Part shown: piece by piece, positions 53,656 through 61,888 of the stretch
How the letters are laid out: every line of letters starts with the position of its first letter
Position numbering within the stretch: the stretch's first letter is position 1
Sequence record: PZ229304.1
Length of the DNA: 64,000 nt
DNA from: a phage
Direction: 5' to 3' (one strand)
The notes under the pieces: model-generated
Told to the model about the DNA's origin: nothing
Seen by the model: the letters and a program-made list of their open reading frames with translations, nothing else
The model's database searches: none
Program-made: the position numbers and the translations under genes

Positions 53656-53871
53656 ATGGCTAATATCCGCACACTGTTAAAAAATGCAAGTCAAGTTTTA
53701 TTTTCAGATGACGAATATTTTAATAAAGATATTACAGGCGTGAAAAATTTAAAAGACGTGAAGGATGTTATCGGTATCCGTGGATCTTTACGTAAAGGTG
53801 ACATATACGGTAACAAGGTGCAGTATAAACTGTCAAAAGATTATGATTTTACTTTGACAATTATTTCATAA
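53656..53871 (+). CDS. Hypothetical early protein
   Basis: Start set at MANIRTLL downstream of the cassette. Confidence 0.4.
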   Translation: MANIRTLLKNASQVLFSDDEYFNKDITGVKNLKDVKDVIGIRGSLRKGDIYGNKVQYKLSKDYDFTLTIIS

Positions 53872-53877
53872 AACTAC

Positions 53878-53938
53878 TTGCAAACCTGGTAAAATAAAGT
53901 AAACTATATTCATTAAGGCGGTGGAATAGCCAACCGCC
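53878..53938 (+). promoter_or_regulatory. Early promoter cassette variant: TTGCAA-16-TAAACT + imperfect hairpin GGCGGT...ACCGCC
   Basis: -35 variant; hairpin 53917-53938. Confidence 0.4.
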
Positions 53939-53962
53939 TAACAAAGAGAAGAGGAAAACATC

Positions 53963-54133
53963 ATGATCACTTTCGCTACCCGTGAAGCCGCTCGCAACGT
54001 TGCACGTAAAGTTAACGCCGCCAACCTGGGCGCTACGCTTAAAGCCCCGGTAAAAGATGAATCAGGAAAATGGATCTTCCCTGGTCTGCGTCACGCTGAT
54101 AAGCTGGGAACATTAACGTTAAAAAATAAATAA
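53963..54133 (+). CDS. Small hypothetical protein (56 aa)
   Basis: ATG after AGAGGAAAACATC; below ORF-track cutoff. Confidence 0.3.
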   Translation: MITFATREAARNVARKVNAANLGATLKAPVKDESGKWIFPGLRHADKLGTLTLKNK

Positions 54134-54140
54134 TATTCGC

Positions 54141-54199
54141 TTGACAGTAGCATCATTTATAAGTAAAGTAACAACAACGGCGGGAAATGGTTTCCCGCC
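54141..54199 (+). promoter_or_regulatory. Early promoter cassette: TTGACA-17-TAAAGT + hairpin GGCGGGAAA-TGG-TTTCCCGCC
   Basis: Hairpin 54179-54199 identical to that at 53299-53319. Confidence 0.55.
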
Positions 54200-54219
54200 A
54201 TCAATAAAGAGATAAGATT

Positions 54220-54579
54220 ATGAAATCAGCAAAAGCAATTAAAACTTACATTTTGTCGGCTATTTCTTTTGATGGTACTACAACCGAAAAAGAAAAAATC
54301 ACCGAACTGATGCGCCGTTTTAATTCTGAATACTGGTATCCCGATAATCAAAAACGTTACAATTATAACGTGATCAAGGCGATAGCCTCATGGTTACAAG
54401 GTTTACCGTCAGAAATCAATATTGCTTTTGATTATAACGAGATCGATCACTTGTTAATTGAATGGAAGTACATAAAAGAAACAAGCAAAGAAACAACCGT
54501 TACCCGTGAGCGGGAAAATTATTGGTTATATATTGCAAGCATGATCGTAATCCTGGCAAAACAGCATAACGTGGCGTAA
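54220..54579 (+). CDS. Hypothetical early protein
   Basis: 119-aa ORF. Confidence 0.45.
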   Translation: MKSAKAIKTYILSAISFDGTTTEKEKITELMRRFNSEYWYPDNQKRYNYNVIKAIASWLQGLPSEINIAFDYNEIDHLLIEWKYIKETSKETTVTRERENYWLYIASMIVILAKQHNVA

Positions 54580-54594
54580 TTAAGAGGAAGAAAC

Positions 54595-54732
54595 ATGAAC
54601 GCATCACAGCAGATCGAAAAATTCAACCGCAGCAAGGCGCGTAAAGATTGGAACGAAGAGATCACCAAAAAAGGTGACAAGCGGAACAAAACAAAGAGAG
54701 ATCGCAGCACAAAAAGATACTGGAACGAATAA
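54595..54732 (+). CDS. Small basic hypothetical protein (45 aa)
   Basis: ATG after AAGAGGAAG; Lys/Arg-rich. Confidence 0.3.
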   Translation: MNASQQIEKFNRSKARKDWNEEITKKGDKRNKTKRDRSTKRYWNE

Positions 54733-54735
54733 CAA

Positions 54736-54762
54736 AAAAGGGCGCAATAAGCGCCCTTTTAG
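54736..54762 (+). terminator. Rho-independent terminator (AAGGGCGC-AATAA-GCGCCCTT + TT)
   Basis: 8-bp GC stem directly after the stop at 54730-54732. Confidence 0.5.
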
Positions 54763-54850
54763 CTTATATAGAGGCTTGTTACCCATAGGCAATGGTAACG
54801 CCAGGGCAAGCCTATAAATCAACGTTAGACGGCTTTACAGGAGCTTTAAA

Positions 54851-55033
54851 ATGAGATTAGAAGAAATAAGCAAGGCACTAGCCCAGGGGCAAAGGTTAAA
54901 CGCCCGTTATCGTGATCAATATGGTTTCATAACTAGCGGCGTGATCCTGGGGATTGAAGACAATAAGATTTTTATTGACACGTTGAAAAACGTTGTATAT
55001 AGTGACAATATAATCTCAATAAAACATATATGA
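54851..55033 (+). CDS. Hypothetical early protein
   Basis: 60-aa ORF. Confidence 0.4.
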   Translation: MRLEEISKALAQGQRLNARYRDQYGFITSGVILGIEDNKIFIDTLKNVVYSDNIISIKHI

Positions 55034-55041
55034 GGCAAGAA

Positions 55042-55443
55042 ATGAAAAAATTATTGATCGCTGGTTTACTCTCTTTTGGCATGGTTGGAACATCTAGCGC
55101 GGCGATATCCTCCACAGTAGCAGAATTAAGCGCCGTTGATGCAATGGAAAACGTCATGCTTATTAACAATGCGATCCCCGATGAAATCATGGAGGATTCA
55201 CACATGATCGCTTATGGTGCTGTTACACAACTAACGGCAAAAATAGATAAATCTATTGTTAATGGCTTAAATGAAGATGTACCATGTGAAATTATTACAA
55301 GTGTGCTGACTACTCAAAATTTTACGCCGTGGTTAAAAAGTATTCAAAAAGTACACAGTACAGCCGCAGATCGTAGCAATGAAAAACTAGTGTCAGCACT
55401 TGCAACGTATACCCTGGCAAAATGCACCGAGATAAAAGATTGA
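55042..55443 (+). CDS. Secreted hypothetical protein
   Basis: Start set at MKKLLIAGLLSFGMVGTSSAA (signal-peptide-like). Confidence 0.45.
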   Translation: MKKLLIAGLLSFGMVGTSSAAISSTVAELSAVDAMENVMLINNAIPDEIMEDSHMIAYGAVTQLTAKIDKSIVNGLNEDVPCEIITSVLTTQNFTPWLKSIQKVHSTAADRSNEKLVSALATYTLAKCTEIKD

Positions 55444-55466
55444 CAACATAGAAAGCACGTTATAAG
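55440..55466 (+). promoter_or_regulatory. Sigma70-like promoter (TTGACA-15-TATAAG), no 5' hairpin
   Basis: Exact -35; upstream of gene 55491. Confidence 0.35.
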
Positions 55467-55490
55467 ATACACACAACAAAGGAGAACTAC

Positions 55491-55787
55491 ATGAACGGCA
55501 TAGCTAAAACGTTTTTTCTTTTTTCTGGTGTAAATGATCCATCAATAAAAGTCGATAGTGTAAAAGAAAACAATACTATCACAGCTAAATTGTATCAAGA
55601 TGAAACAAATAACGTGCTAATCATTAATCTTAAAGAAATAACAAAAGGTTATTATGCTATTGCTTACCATGCGATTTATCATGCTGGTACTAGTGAGGAA
55701 GTGCAAACAAGCAACAACGAAAGCGCGGCGCTACCTGGTGATCTGGTGCTGGGCGTTATCAGTTTAATTGTCAATGATTTTTTTTAA
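55491..55787 (+). CDS. Hypothetical early protein
   Basis: 98-aa ORF with AAGGAG RBS. Confidence 0.45.
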   Translation: MNGIAKTFFLFSGVNDPSIKVDSVKENNTITAKLYQDETNNVLIINLKEITKGYYAIAYHAIYHAGTSEEVQTSNNESAALPGDLVLGVISLIVNDFF

Positions 55788-56052
55788 GGAGTAAAACCAT
55801 GCCCTATTTACATTTATTTTTCGGTATCTTATTGACGGGATCTTTTTTCTTCTGTATGCTTGTTTCTATTGTAAACCACGTTTTAAGACATTAAGGAAAC
55901 AGCATGAAAATTATTCCCGTACAATATAGCGTAATAAATCCAGCATACGAGGAAGGAAGGAAAACAAGCATGGCTTTATGTTGTATTACTACTATAGCCA
56001 TGTTGTTATACATTGTGTTTTAATAGGTTTTATAGTTGTACGCTTTAAAGGC

Positions 56053-56081
56053 TTGACAATTTTTTGTTATGCTTTAAACTA
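56053..56081 (+). promoter_or_regulatory. Sigma70-like promoter (TTGACA, weak -10)
   Basis: Exact -35 at 56053-56058. Confidence 0.35.
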
Positions 56082-56123
56082 TATCTTGAAAACGGCAAAG
56101 GCCGCAAACAAAAGGGTAAAATT

Positions 56124-56447
56124 ATGAAATCTGTGATCGGTGTTTATTTGGATAACTCTGATTTTTTCTATCATCGCGCTCGTTTCCTTGATGCGATTGA
56201 AATGATAGAATCAGGCTTTAAAGAGTATCGCCTTGCACATGATGACCTGGAAGCATTACAGGGCAATAGTGTTTTTACATTGCAAGCGAAAGCACTATGT
56301 AAAAGCCGGATCGACATTGCGAGCAAAAAGATAGAACGCGGCATGTCCTGGTTGCGCACCGCAGAAATCAACATGGGGCAATGGCACGGCGAAAACTTAG
56401 AAAATAAACATACTTTTGTCAATGTAGAAAATATTGAAGATTATTGA
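56124..56447 (+). CDS. Hypothetical early protein
   Basis: Start set at MKSVIGVY. Confidence 0.4.
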   Translation: MKSVIGVYLDNSDFFYHRARFLDAIEMIESGFKEYRLAHDDLEALQGNSVFTLQAKALCKSRIDIASKKIERGMSWLRTAEINMGQWHGENLENKHTFVNVENIEDY

Positions 56448-56510
56448 TTGACAGCACACCTGATAAGTAGTATATTGTATCTCATAGAGCGGGGAAATGG
56501 TTTCCCCGCC
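56448..56510 (+). promoter_or_regulatory. Early promoter cassette: TTGACA-17-TATATT + CTCATAGAGCGGGG + hairpin GCGGGGAAA-TGG-TTTCCCCGC
   Basis: 9-bp stem at 56489-56509. Confidence 0.55.
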
Positions 56511-56529
56511 TTAAAAGAAGAGATAAGCT

Positions 56530-56814
56530 ATGAAGATCACAAAAGCACTTTCCAACTATGCAGCACGTCGCGGCTTATGTTTAACCGTTGAAAACCTGGG
56601 GAAAGAAGATTTTTTGTGCTTTTGGGAGCTTGAGAATGATAATGAGTGGATCTTCTCTTATTCTATCTGCGAAGATCAAAACGGTTGTTTATTAACCTGG
56701 CGCGGTAATATCTATCTACCGGAAGAAATCAAAGAAGAATTGCCAGGCACGATCATGACTGAGAAACAGCTTAAGGAAGTGATCAATTTTGTAGGGCAAA
56801 ACATTAAAAAATAA
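56530..56814 (+). CDS. Hypothetical early protein
   Basis: 94-aa ORF. Confidence 0.45.
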   Translation: MKITKALSNYAARRGLCLTVENLGKEDFLCFWELENDNEWIFSYSICEDQNGCLLTWRGNIYLPEEIKEELPGTIMTEKQLKEVINFVGQNIKK

Positions 56815-56815
56815 T

Positions 56816-56875
56816 TTGACACCAGGCAAACAACGTAGTAAAGTTTATCACATAGGGCGGGAAATGGTTTCCCGC
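56816..56875 (+). promoter_or_regulatory. Early promoter cassette: TTGACA-17-TAAAGT + CACATAGGGCGGG + hairpin GCGGGAAA-TGG-TTTCCCGC
   Basis: Hairpin 56857-56875. Confidence 0.55.
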
Positions 56876-56897
56876 TCACAACAAAAGAGAACAAATC

Positions 56898-57068
56898 ATG
56901 ATCCCGACTATGTTTTACGTATCGCGCAAAGGTCACAATATTTTTTGGTCTGAAGATTTAAATGAAGCCATGACGTTTGCCCGTGATCGTGTTGCTATCG
57001 GTGGCGTTAACATTACTGTAACCGATGAAAACGGCATTGAATACTATAACGGCGACGATGAAGAGTAA
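56898..57068 (+). CDS. Small hypothetical protein (56 aa)
   Basis: ATG downstream of cassette; below ORF-track cutoff. Confidence 0.3.
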   Translation: MIPTMFYVSRKGHNIFWSEDLNEAMTFARDRVAIGGVNITVTDENGIEYYNGDDEE

Positions 57069-57115
57069 TTAATGAGGCGGGGGAGTATTCCCCGCCGTCA
57101 ATAAAGAGGTAAATC

Positions 57116-57385
57116 ATGAAAATATCATTTGACGTTGCAATCAAGGCCATCGAATCCGGTTACACCCTGGTAAAAGATGATAAGGCTAAAATAGTGCATC
57201 ATGTTAACAAGGAAACAGGCGAAAGCATGATCACATATAAAGCCGCCTACTTTCTCCAATCAGTAGCAGATCCGCGCGTACAGCGCCAGGTCACGGCGGC
57301 TATTGCTAAAAAATTATGTGCTTTACAGGGCACAAGTTTTAACGAGATCCCGCCGTGTTTTGACTGGTCGAGCTTGAAAAAATAG
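57116..57385 (+). CDS. Hypothetical early protein
   Basis: 89-aa ORF preceded by hairpin GGCGGGGGA-GTA-TTCCCCGCC (57077-57097) and AAGAGG RBS. Confidence 0.45.
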   Translation: MKISFDVAIKAIESGYTLVKDDKAKIVHHVNKETGESMITYKAAYFLQSVADPRVQRQVTAAIAKKLCALQGTSFNEIPPCFDWSSLKK

Positions 57386-57386
57386 T

Positions 57387-57448
57387 TTGACAATATGCGG
57401 TTATCTGGTAAAGTGTACCACGTAGGGCGGGGCAATAAGGCAACGCCC
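57387..57448 (+). promoter_or_regulatory. Early promoter cassette: TTGACA-16-TAAAGT + CACGTAGGGCGGGG + imperfect hairpin
   Basis: Conserved post--10 motif; GC-rich inverted repeat 57425-57448. Confidence 0.45.
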
Positions 57449-57466
57449 ACTAATGAGGGTAAAATC

Positions 57467-57571
57467 ATGTTAGAGAAAATTTTCACGGTTGTAGTAGTGG
57501 GCCTGGCGTTATCGGTTGGATTGGTTGCAACTATGGCTAACATGATCCTATCTTCCCACGGTATTGGATAA
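57467..57571 (+). CDS. Small membrane peptide (34 aa)
   Basis: ATG after GAGGGTAAAATC; hydrophobic (VVVGLALSVGLVATMANMIL). Confidence 0.25.
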   Translation: MLEKIFTVVVVGLALSVGLVATMANMILSSHGIG

Positions 57572-57581
57572 GGTGAATCAA

Positions 57582-57815
57582 ATGATCACGAATAAGACAG
57601 GTAAAACAGAATTTTTACGCGGCTTGCAAATAGGTAAACCTGAAATCTGGCATTGCACTAAAACACCACGTGACGAAATGAAAGATTTCACCGCTACTTT
57701 ACAACGTGTTAAAATATCTATCACACAGAAAAAAGCCTTGTTAGTAGTAGAAAACGAGATCCCGCAAACCAGATCGGGAATGATTTACATTTTACCCGTA
57801 ACGGTCACGGCGTAG
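57582..57815 (+). CDS. Hypothetical early protein
   Basis: Start set at MITNKTG (AAGGTG RBS) within ORF 57564..57815. Confidence 0.4.
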   Translation: MITNKTGKTEFLRGLQIGKPEIWHCTKTPRDEMKDFTATLQRVKISITQKKALLVVENEIPQTRSGMIYILPVTVTA

Positions 57816-57943
57816 GCTTTTGGGATCGCCCTGAAATATACACTACTAACACCGCCAACCGCCTAACAAATGCGGCTAAATTAATGCCATCGGTGCATGC
57901 TTACATTGGTGAAGATAATTTGATTTATATTGAATAAAAAGTA

Positions 57944-58003
57944 TTGACACCGATCCCCCAATATGTTACTATTTACCACGTAGGCGGGAAATGGTTTCCC
58001 GCC
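57944..58003 (+). promoter_or_regulatory. Early promoter cassette: TTGACA-17-TACTAT + CACGTAGGCGGG + hairpin GGCGGGAAA-TGG-TTTCCCGCC
   Basis: Hairpin 57983-58003. Confidence 0.55.
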
Positions 58004-58026
58004 AGGTAATCAAAAAGGTAAATACT

Positions 58027-58416
58027 ATGCGCAACCTGGTTTCTGTTTCTAACGTTGAAAAATTCCAATCTTTACAGGGTATCGTTAACAACGTAGCGCC
58101 TTTTTTAGTCAATGGCTTGATTGCAAAGATGAAGAATAAACATCATGCCGCATGGTCTGCTTACTGCTTTGACAATGATGAAAAAGCGGCTGAAATGATG
58201 TTAAATATGCTGTTAGACAGTGTAGAATCATCTTTACCGGAAAACATCGCAGAAGAGATCACCTATCGTTATAATATGGCGATCACTTACCAGGAGGTTG
58301 CGCAATTTAATATGATGGACGATGACGAACAACAGGATCAGGAAATATTCTGGGAGTATGCGGATCGTCAATCGGCTTTTGATGAAAAGTTAGCGATGTA
58401 TTATAACGAATATTAA
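58027..58416 (+). CDS. Hypothetical early protein (acidic C-terminus)
   Basis: Start set at MRNLVS; the ORF-track ATG at 57991 lies inside the hairpin loop. Confidence 0.45.
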   Translation: MRNLVSVSNVEKFQSLQGIVNNVAPFLVNGLIAKMKNKHHAAWSAYCFDNDEKAAEMMLNMLLDSVESSLPENIAEEITYRYNMAITYQEVAQFNMMDDDEQQDQEIFWEYADRQSAFDEKLAMYYNEY

Positions 58417-58429
58417 TACACGGTAAAAG

Positions 58430-58458
58430 AAAGGGGCGCACTAAGCGCCCTTTTTTGT
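58430..58458 (+). terminator. Rho-independent terminator (GGGCGC-ACTAA-GCGCCC + TTTTTT)
   Basis: GC stem followed by six T residues, 14 nt after stop. Confidence 0.6.
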
Positions 58459-58801
58459 ATTCTTTTTTCACAATGGAAGCGACACGTAAAGAATAGGCGT
58501 AAAGGTGGCGTAAAACCATCTAAAACCGACTGTAACCGCTTAAACAAGGTAGGAATGATTAATCACCTTACCAGGATGAAAAAGCTGTTATAAAGCTATA
58601 TAGGGCGTTTAAAGCACATAGGAAATAATTTGCTTTTTATCTTGCCTTTTATTCTGCTTTTGATTATTATTATGGAACGGGCGGCACCTGGGAACAGGGG
58701 AAGATAATCACCGGACGACCCCGCTATATATTGATAGCTAACATCTATCAAACAACAAAACATCAAAGGAATAAACTATCAAATCTTTACAATCTCATCT
58801 A

Positions 58802-58830
58802 TTGACCGGTAAATCATAGCAGTTTAATAT
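58802..58830 (+). promoter_or_regulatory. Sigma70-like promoter (TTGACC-17-TAATAT)
   Basis: Near-consensus hexamers upstream of gene 58879. Confidence 0.4.
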
Positions 58831-58878
58831 TGTTTTTAGAGGGTAGAACATACCCAAAACGAAAACAGGAAAAAGAAA

Positions 58879-59115
58879 ATGAAAGAAGTCATGATCCTCA
58901 AAAAATCACCTATTTTACGTGGTGGCTTTATCGCTTACTCTGATGATCTGTTAATTGCAACGGTTGCAAAAATACTAAAATCAGAAGAGGATAGTAAAAA
59001 CGGCGTTTATCGTATCTGTTTCACCCGTGGGAAATTGCAAGGCAAGATCGCCTATGCTTTTGATTTACAAGATGTAAATGATAAAATCTGCGCTGTTATT
59101 GATTATGCAAAATAA
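58879..59115 (+). CDS. Hypothetical early protein
   Basis: 78-aa ORF. Confidence 0.45.
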   Translation: MKEVMILKKSPILRGGFIAYSDDLLIATVAKILKSEEDSKNGVYRICFTRGKLQGKIAYAFDLQDVNDKICAVIDYAK

Positions 59116-59127
59116 TTAACTTTCTTA

Positions 59128-59156
59128 TTGACACCGGATCACGCTTACATTATTAT
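59128..59156 (+). promoter_or_regulatory. Sigma70-like promoter (TTGACA-17-TATTAT) followed by conserved CACGTAGGGC
   Basis: Consensus-like hexamers; conserved post--10 element but no GGCGGG hairpin. Confidence 0.5.
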
Positions 59157-59202
59157 TTATCACGTAGGGCAAATCATTTTAAACGGTAAACGAGGAATCA
59201 CC

Positions 59203-59586
59203 ATGAGCAATATCATCAACCTGGCGGCTACTGTAAACGGTAAAGATTTTAACGGCGCTGTAGATCGTGATCCTATGTGGTGCTTATCCGTGTTTAAAGG
59301 CGATCTGGTTGAAGTTAGAACAACCGAAGGTTATAGCGACGATTATAAATGCGAGATCCATTTACACAACTGGTACACGGGTAAAACTTATGCGCTGAAT
59401 CATGCGTTTATCGGCAAGGTTGAATATAGAGAAATGATCGACGAAGAAACGGGGCAAGATTTTAGCGATTATGTTTATATCCGTTCCGAGACATTAGCAG
59501 AACGTTTGATCGAGAAAATGAAAGCAAAAAATAAAATTAATTTAGCTCATTGGATTGATATAACAAACGATCCAGCTTATAAGTAA
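59203..59586 (+). CDS. Hypothetical early protein
   Basis: Start set at MSNIINL (GAGGA RBS) within ORF 59128..59586. Confidence 0.45.
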   Translation: MSNIINLAATVNGKDFNGAVDRDPMWCLSVFKGDLVEVRTTEGYSDDYKCEIHLHNWYTGKTYALNHAFIGKVEYREMIDEETGQDFSDYVYIRSETLAERLIEKMKAKNKINLAHWIDITNDPAYK

Positions 59587-59599
59587 ATGACACTTCACA

Positions 59600-59629
59600 C
59601 CAGGGCGCACAAAGCGCCCTTTCTTTTTA
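59600..59629 (+). terminator. Rho-independent terminator (AGGGCGC-ACAAA-GCGCCCT + TTCTTTTT)
   Basis: 7-bp GC stem and T-rich tail 14 nt after stop; closes the early-gene block. Confidence 0.6.
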
Positions 59630-59835
59630 CCTAAATAAAGATGATAGCTTTTACCTATCAAAAACGTTCACCGAAAAAAGTGAATAGATCGCGGTATCGA
59701 GCTAATCAAGGAGCAGATGAACAACCATACCATGAAGATCATAAGGCGCTTACAGCGTGTTTTAGACCGCTTATTTTTAATTTCTTCATGCAACTATTTG
59801 GCAAAAACAGCCTTTTTCTTGTCTTTCCTCTTAAA

Positions 59836-59908
59836 TGATAATCATTCTTATTTATAGCTGATTATTTATGCAATAAACTGCATAATGCAATAATGATAAT
59901 CATTCTTA
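59836..59908. promoter_or_regulatory. Two Fur-box-like sites (TGATAATCATTCTTA) 58 bp apart
   Basis: 59836-59850 and 59894-59908; second site extends to ATAATGATAATCATTCTTA (16/19 to classic Fur box GATAATGATAATCATTATC). Confidence 0.45.
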
Positions 59909-60295
59909 ACTTATGACCATCTAACCTATAAAATAATAAGTTATCTAACTAAATTAAAACTAATTATCTTACTTTTATTTATAACTTACTGTTACTATCT
60001 CATTGATAACCTTATATTAAACAACAATAACTAATATAAATCATTACTAAGCTAAATATAATCTATCTAACCTTTAAAACTATAACTATAATCTATTGAA
60101 TTATTGCACAAAGTAACTATTAAATCGTTAGTAACATTACTAAATAATTAATATCCTATCTATTTATGATCTAATCTTTACATTCCTATCTATTACCTAA
60201 ATAATCATTTCATATAGTAATCATTTCATACAATAACTATAACAAGAAATATAATTCGCAAGCGTATCATTAGCAGCCTATGCCGGACACATAGG

Positions 60296-60442
60296 CGGCT
60301 AATAATAACGCAACTACACACCCCACATAATAACTATCACCGATAGTTATTATTTGTGCTTATGTAGCTTGCAACAACTGCAAGCGCAACAATATACATG
60401 GTATATTGTATCCCTTACATTGTTGCGGTGCGTTATTATTAG
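60296..60442. repeat. Nested palindromic region: long-range inverted repeat enclosing three hairpins
   Basis: Outer arms GCTAATAATAACGCAAC (60298-60314) / GTTGCG..GCGTTATTATTAGC (60422-60442); inner perfect 12-bp palindrome ATAATAACTATC-ACC-GATAGTTATTAT (60327-60353); GCTTGCA-ACAAC-TGCAAGC (60367-60385); CAATATAC-ATGG-GTATATTG (60388-60407). Confidence 0.55.
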
Positions 60443-60771
60443 CTAATGTTTAGAACATTGGCTATAATATAAGCTAAATCATAAGCTATGCAATAATAAA
60501 CATGGTGAATAATGACATTGATGATCATAATGCGCCACCTTCCAGGGGGCGCTATGTGAACACAAAGAAATCTTTCTTGTCAAGAAAATATTACTACTAT
60601 TGCGCAAAATTATTTATATCTGAATAGATGATTTTTTATGCTATTGCCCCCTTGATTATTACTATTTGTTGCCCTAACTATTGTCATTTGTTGAGCCTAC
60701 TTTCTTAAAAGCGCAATAAATCAGAATTATCTTGATTTTTAGTCGGTTTTATAGTACAGAAAGTATGCAAA

Positions 60772-60786
60772 TGATAATCATTATCA
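60772..60786. promoter_or_regulatory. Perfect match to the 15-bp 7-1-7 Fur-box consensus (TGATAATCATTATCA)
   Basis: Extended context AATGATAATCATTATC equals positions 4-19 of the classic 19-bp Fur box. Confidence 0.55.
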
Positions 60787-60952
60787 GCTATCTTCCACGG
60801 GTGGCACTATTTCACGCCAGATCATTTCATTTGGCAAGGTGTATATAGATGTTTAGAAATGCCAAGCCATTGATTTACTTAGAATTTATCTGTTTTGTTG
60901 TGAGTAGTGCCTTTCTTGCTCAGAAAATAATCAAAAGTCTTATAAGTCATTG

Positions 60953-60990
60953 AATGATAATGCAAATGATAATTATTCTCATTGATATTT
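60953..60990. repeat. GATAAT hexamer repeat cluster (AATGATAATGCAAATGATAATTATTCTCATTGATA)
   Basis: Several GATAAT/ATTATC-type hexamers in direct and inverted orientation, followed by a G-rich tract. Confidence 0.4.
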
Positions 60991-61428
60991 GAGGGGGACG
61001 GTCGGCAGAAATCGGGGGGCGCTGAAAATCGCGTTAAGCACCTCTCGCAAGCGAGCAGTATTTTGCGGCAAGTTATTGATATTATTGACTTTACGCTTAA
61101 GAAAAGGGGGCGTGTCGAAATAAATCGGGTATACCGGAAAATTTTTGTGGCATAGATATTTATTTGTCTATATTATGTACAAAGGGGTGTGTTAAAAATA
61201 ATAGGTATATATAGAATAATTGATAGGGAAATCCTATACTAAATCCTTCATTAATGATGTTCCTATGTTGCTGTTCTTGTAATAGATGAAAAGACGCTAT
61301 ATGATGTGTGGCATGAAACGTAAACTTATAAGATGCAAATAATGCTTGCATTGAATAGAAATGTCTATACACTGTGTTTCATAAGATATGCAATATCGCG
61401 CATAACAAACTACTAATGAGAGGTGTAA

Positions 61429-61887
61429 ATGAAAACTGTATCTTTGTATCTTGCTAACACGGAGCGTGTACATAATCTTGTAAAAGAATGCGGTGTGAGT
61501 GTTCAATTTAACATAGGAAAGCCTTCCGTGGTGACAGGCAGTGAGATGTGTGTTATTGATTTCCTCAATGAATATTTTCGTGGAAAACCTATTGCTCGTC
61601 ACTTCATTCGAGAAATGCGAGATGTACAACAGGATTATGAATTCTACCCAGAAATTTGTGAACGCTATGAAACTATTCTTAGTTCTGTAGAAGATCCAGA
61701 TACCAGTGAAACAGGTGTTTCCCACTTACTGTGGATGTTGAATGAAATTCAGGATGGGTGTAATGGTATGTCTGAAACCAAACGCCATCGTTGGCTAGGC
61801 TATATTCAGGGTGTTATGGTTATGAAAAACCTTATTACAGTGAGTGATGAACGTAACGCTACACGCCCCGTCTTTAATGGAGCATAA
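61429..61887 (+). CDS. Hypothetical protein
   Basis: 152-aa ORF with GAGAGGTG RBS; first gene after the 1.8 kb non-coding region. Confidence 0.45.
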   Translation: MKTVSLYLANTERVHNLVKECGVSVQFNIGKPSVVTGSEMCVIDFLNEYFRGKPIARHFIREMRDVQQDYEFYPEICERYETILSSVEDPDTSETGVSHLLWMLNEIQDGCNGMSETKRHRWLGYIQGVMVMKNLITVSDERNATRPVFNGA

Positions 61888-61888
61888 C

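Noticed and set aside
57991-58026. ATG at 57991 proposed by the ORF track as the start of the 58027..58416 gene
   Set aside because: This ATG is the loop of the conserved GGCGGGAAA-TGG-TTTCCCGCC hairpin (the same ATG recurs in every copy); the ATG at 58027 has an RBS and is the likely start.
50287-59586. Apparent enrichment of GATC and higher GC in the early-gene block as evidence of a separate origin
   Set aside because: Impression only; I could not count frequencies reliably by eye, so it is not reported as a feature. A k-mer/GC sliding-window computation would decide it.
61160-61725. Two overlapping minus-strand ORFs (61160..61372, 61297..61725) in the large non-coding region
   Set aside because: They run against the local gene direction, overlap the start of the plus-strand gene at 61429, lack RBSs and have low-complexity translations.
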